From assembly GCA_963764715.1 (NCBI GenBank), contig CAVXTP010000006.1, positions 96,001 through 160,000 of the forward strand: a DNA stretch of 64,000 nt, written 5' to 3'. Made by a program: the position numbers and the translations under genes. Below, one piece after another: positions 61,816-64,000 of this stretch (the stretch's first letter is position 1; every line of letters starts with the position of its first letter). The DNA is from an uncultured Acidobacteriota bacterium (lineage in GTDB: Bacteria > Acidobacteriota > Thermoanaerobaculia > UBA5066 > Gp7-AA6). A model generated the notes under the pieces. The model was given only the letters and a program-made list of their open reading frames with translations. It had not been told where the DNA came from and made no database searches.

Positions 61816-63192
61816 ATGGCTAATAATATTAGGGTAACGGCAACGTCCTCGCGGCGGACCCTGGATCCGTCCGCCGCGGCGGCCGCTCTCATTACGCTCG
61901 CGCTCGCGGTCCTCCTCGGCCCCGCGATCGCTCCCATCGAGTCCCGCGACACCGGCGAGTACGTCGCAGTCGCCGGAAGCTTCGACTCGGAATGGTCCCG
62001 GGACCGGCCGCCCATCTATCCGATCCTGATCCGATTCTGTCGGCTGGCGGCCGGGGAAGCCTGGCCGGCCATGATCGTCTGGATCCAGATCGCCCTGCTC
62101 TGCGGACTCGCGTACGTCCTCTGCCGGGTTCTCGAGCGACTCTCCGTCCGATCCGCCCTCGCCCTGGTGATCGCCGTCGCCGCCTGCTCGACTCCCGCCC
62201 TCATCTTTCACAGTCGGACGGTGCTGCCCGAAGTGCTCCTGGCCGTCCTGGTGGCGCTCGCCTGGACGGAGACGCTGCGGTCCATGGACGGATCGGACGG
62301 GGCGCGTCGCCCGGTCCTCGCGGCCGCGCTCGCCGGACTCTGGAGCGGGGCGGCCGTGTTGACGAAGCCGGCCTGGCTGCTCGGCGCCTTCCCTCTTGCC
62401 CTCGGCATCCTCATCTCGCGCCAGCGCCCGGCGCCCGTCCGGCGCCGCGCCGCCCTGGCGCTGCTCCTGGTTCACTTCGTCCTGCTCCTCTCCTGGCAAG
62501 CGTTCCTCCTCCATCGGTTCGGCCAGCGAGGAATCTCGAGAATGGGGACCCTGGGCCTGAATTTCGCGGCGATTCGCCACGGCATGACCCGGTACGGCGC
62601 CGGCACGCCTCTCTACCGGCATCTCGAGAGCGTCGGGCTTCTCGACACGGCGCTCGCGCTCCGCTTCGACGACCTCAAGACCTTCACCCGGATCAAGGAC
62701 ACGATTCCCGACGAGCTCCGCATCGACTCCGAATTCCAGCGGCGGGTCGTCTTCGATCATCTGGGCGAATTCCTCCGCAAGCAGCTCCCGCGGCTGCCGG
62801 CCTTCTTCACGACGCGTCCGCTCGACGAGGGCTTCCGGGACGCCGGAGGCGCACTCGGCGCGCTCCGCGCGGCGCATCGGCTCGCCTACGCGCTCTTCTT
62901 CCGCGTGCGGGTGGGTCCGATCTCCGTCTCGCCCTGCCTTCTCCTGCTCCTGGCGGGCGCCCTCTGGTCGAGTCGCAATCGCCGGTATCGGGATGCCTAC
63001 GCCATGTCGCTCCTGACCCTCGGGAGCTTCGTGCTCCTGACGGTCGTCGTCAGCTTCCAGGACGCGACCCTCACCCGCTACCGCGGAGAGGTCGAGCCGG
63101 TCCTCCTGTGCGTCGCTCTGCTTCCCCTCGGCGTCGGCCTCGGTCGGCTCGCCCGTCCGGTTTCCGCCGCTCCCGGCGACCGCGCTCCGTAG
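61816..63192 (+). CDS. Multi-pass membrane protein, GT-C-fold (PMT/ArnT-like) glycosyltransferase candidate
   Basis: Loop-1 DTGEY, RPPIYP, LPE, LTKP, C-terminal RY motif; about 11 TM helices. Confidence 0.6.
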   Translation: MANNIRVTATSSRRTLDPSAAAAALITLALAVLLGPAIAPIESRDTGEYVAVAGSFDSEWSRDRPPIYPILIRFCRLAAGEAWPAMIVWIQIALLCGLAYVLCRVLERLSVRSALALVIAVAACSTPALIFHSRTVLPEVLLAVLVALAWTETLRSMDGSDGARRPVLAAALAGLWSGAAVLTKPAWLLGAFPLALGILISRQRPAPVRRRAALALLLVHFVLLLSWQAFLLHRFGQRGISRMGTLGLNFAAIRHGMTRYGAGTPLYRHLESVGLLDTALALRFDDLKTFTRIKDTIPDELRIDSEFQRRVVFDHLGEFLRKQLPRLPAFFTTRPLDEGFRDAGGALGALRAAHRLAYALFFRVRVGPISVSPCLLLLLAGALWSSRNRRYRDAYAMSLLTLGSFVLLTVVVSFQDATLTRYRGEVEPVLLCVALLPLGVGLGRLARPVSAAPGDRAP

Positions 63193-63277
63193 AACGAACC
63201 GCCCGTCTCCCCCGTTTGGCGGGGGCCGCCGGGCATGGCATATTGGAAAGCTCAACGGAAAGGTGAGTGCCGAATCC

Positions 63278-64000
63278 ATGCGCGTCCTGTTGACCGGCAG
63301 CCGGGGCTACATCGGAACCGTCATGGGCCCGCTGATCGCGGCCGCTGGCCACGAGGTCACGGGGCTCGACACGGACTTCTACGAGGCCTGCACCTTCGTC
63401 GGCCCGCTGCCCGCGATCCCGTCGCTGCGGCGCGACATCCGGGACGTCACGCCGGACGACCTCCGCGGCTTCGACGCGGTCGTGCACCTCGCGGCCCTGT
63501 CGAACGACCCGCTGGGCGACCTGAATCCCGAGCTGACCTACGACATCAACCACCGCGGCTCCGTGCACCTGGCGCGCATGGCGAAGCAGGCGGGCGCGCG
63601 GCGGTTCGTCTTCTCCTCCTCGTGCAGCAACTACGGCGCGGCCGGGGACGCCATGGTCGACGAGCGCTCGCCCCTCAACCCCGTGACGGCGTACGGCGTC
63701 TCGAAGGTCCGGGCCGAGGAGGACATCTCCGCGCTCGCCGACGACCGGTTCAGCCCGACGTTCCTGCGCCCGACGACGGCCTACGGAGTGTCCCCGCGGC
63801 TCCGCTTCGACATCGTCCTCAACAACCTGACGGCCTGGGCCGTGACGACCGGCCGGATCCACCTCAAGAGCGACGGCACGCCCTGGCGGCCGCTCGTGCA
63901 CATCGAAGACATCTCGCGGGCGTTCCTCGCCGTGCTCGAGGCTCCCCGCGAGGCGATCCACGGCGAGGTCTTCAACGTCGGCCGCACCGACGAGAACTTT
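63278..64000 (+). CDS. NAD-dependent epimerase/dehydratase (SDR), 3'-truncated by the window end; absent from the ORF track
   Basis: Read manually: [54 protein letters not shown]. Confidence 0.9.
   Translation, partial: MRVLLTGSRGYIGTVMGPLIAAAGHEVTGLDTDFYEACTFVGPLPAIPSLRRDIRDVTPDDLRGFDAVVHLAALSNDPLGDLNPELTYDINHRGSVHLARMAKQAGARRFVFSSSCSNYGAAGDAMVDERSPLNPVTAYGVSKVRAEEDISALADDRFSPTFLRPTTAYGVSPRLRFDIVLNNLTAWAVTTGRIHLKSDGTPWRPLVHIEDISRAFLAVLEAPREAIHGEVFNVGRTDENF

Noticed and set aside
63071-63961. Minus-strand 296-aa ORF
   Set aside because: Antisense shadow of the + strand SDR epimerase that starts at 63278.
1-64000. Many long alternative-frame and antisense ORFs (e.g. 5066-6775 -, 30058-32586 +, 52329-54455 +, 56198-58315 +)
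   Set aside because: Arg/Pro/Ala-rich shadow ORFs are expected at this GC content; they overlap well-supported genes and carry no recognisable motifs.

Overview
Very GC-rich bacterial DNA. A diderm is indicated by the OPX/Wza, Wzc and outer-membrane beta-barrel genes; the gene style suggests Acidobacteriota, possibly Thermoanaerobaculia, but that is inference. Almost the whole window is one cell-surface glycan region. (i) 1-6709: three tandem paralogous secreted beta-helix proteins with different C-terminal modules (Cys-looped SLH x3; SLH x3; PKD plus an uncharacterised duplicated domain). (ii) 6757-13700: a + strand unusual-sugar cassette (GT2, C-methyltransferase, RmlC, DUF4910, RfbF, class-III aminotransferase, PIG-L deacetylase). 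(iii) 15.8-50.9 kb: a ~35 kb, largely translationally coupled minus-strand operon headed by a NusG paralogue. It encodes ~10 glycosyltransferases, two Wzt and one Wzm, a Wzy/ligase-type protein, a pyruvyltransferase, two deacetylases, four ATP-dependent ligase-like tailoring enzymes, WecB, DegT, a phosphoglycosyl transferase and CapD. (iv) 51-58.3 kb: an export unit (TPR protein, beta-barrel, short OPX, Wzc, PHP phosphatase). (v) 58.3-64 kb: an O-antigen-ligase-like gene, folD, a beta-propeller protein, a GT-C-like protein and a truncated SDR epimerase. Many genes are split by single-base indels that look like long-read assembly errors, so gene boundaries there are approximate. No rRNA, tRNA, CRISPR array or mobile element was seen. 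The best candidate for an undescribed system is a diderm surface layer in which SLH proteins may dock on a pyruvylated glycan, exported by a hybrid ABC (two Wzt) plus Wzc/OPX/beta-barrel pathway with no Wzx in the window.
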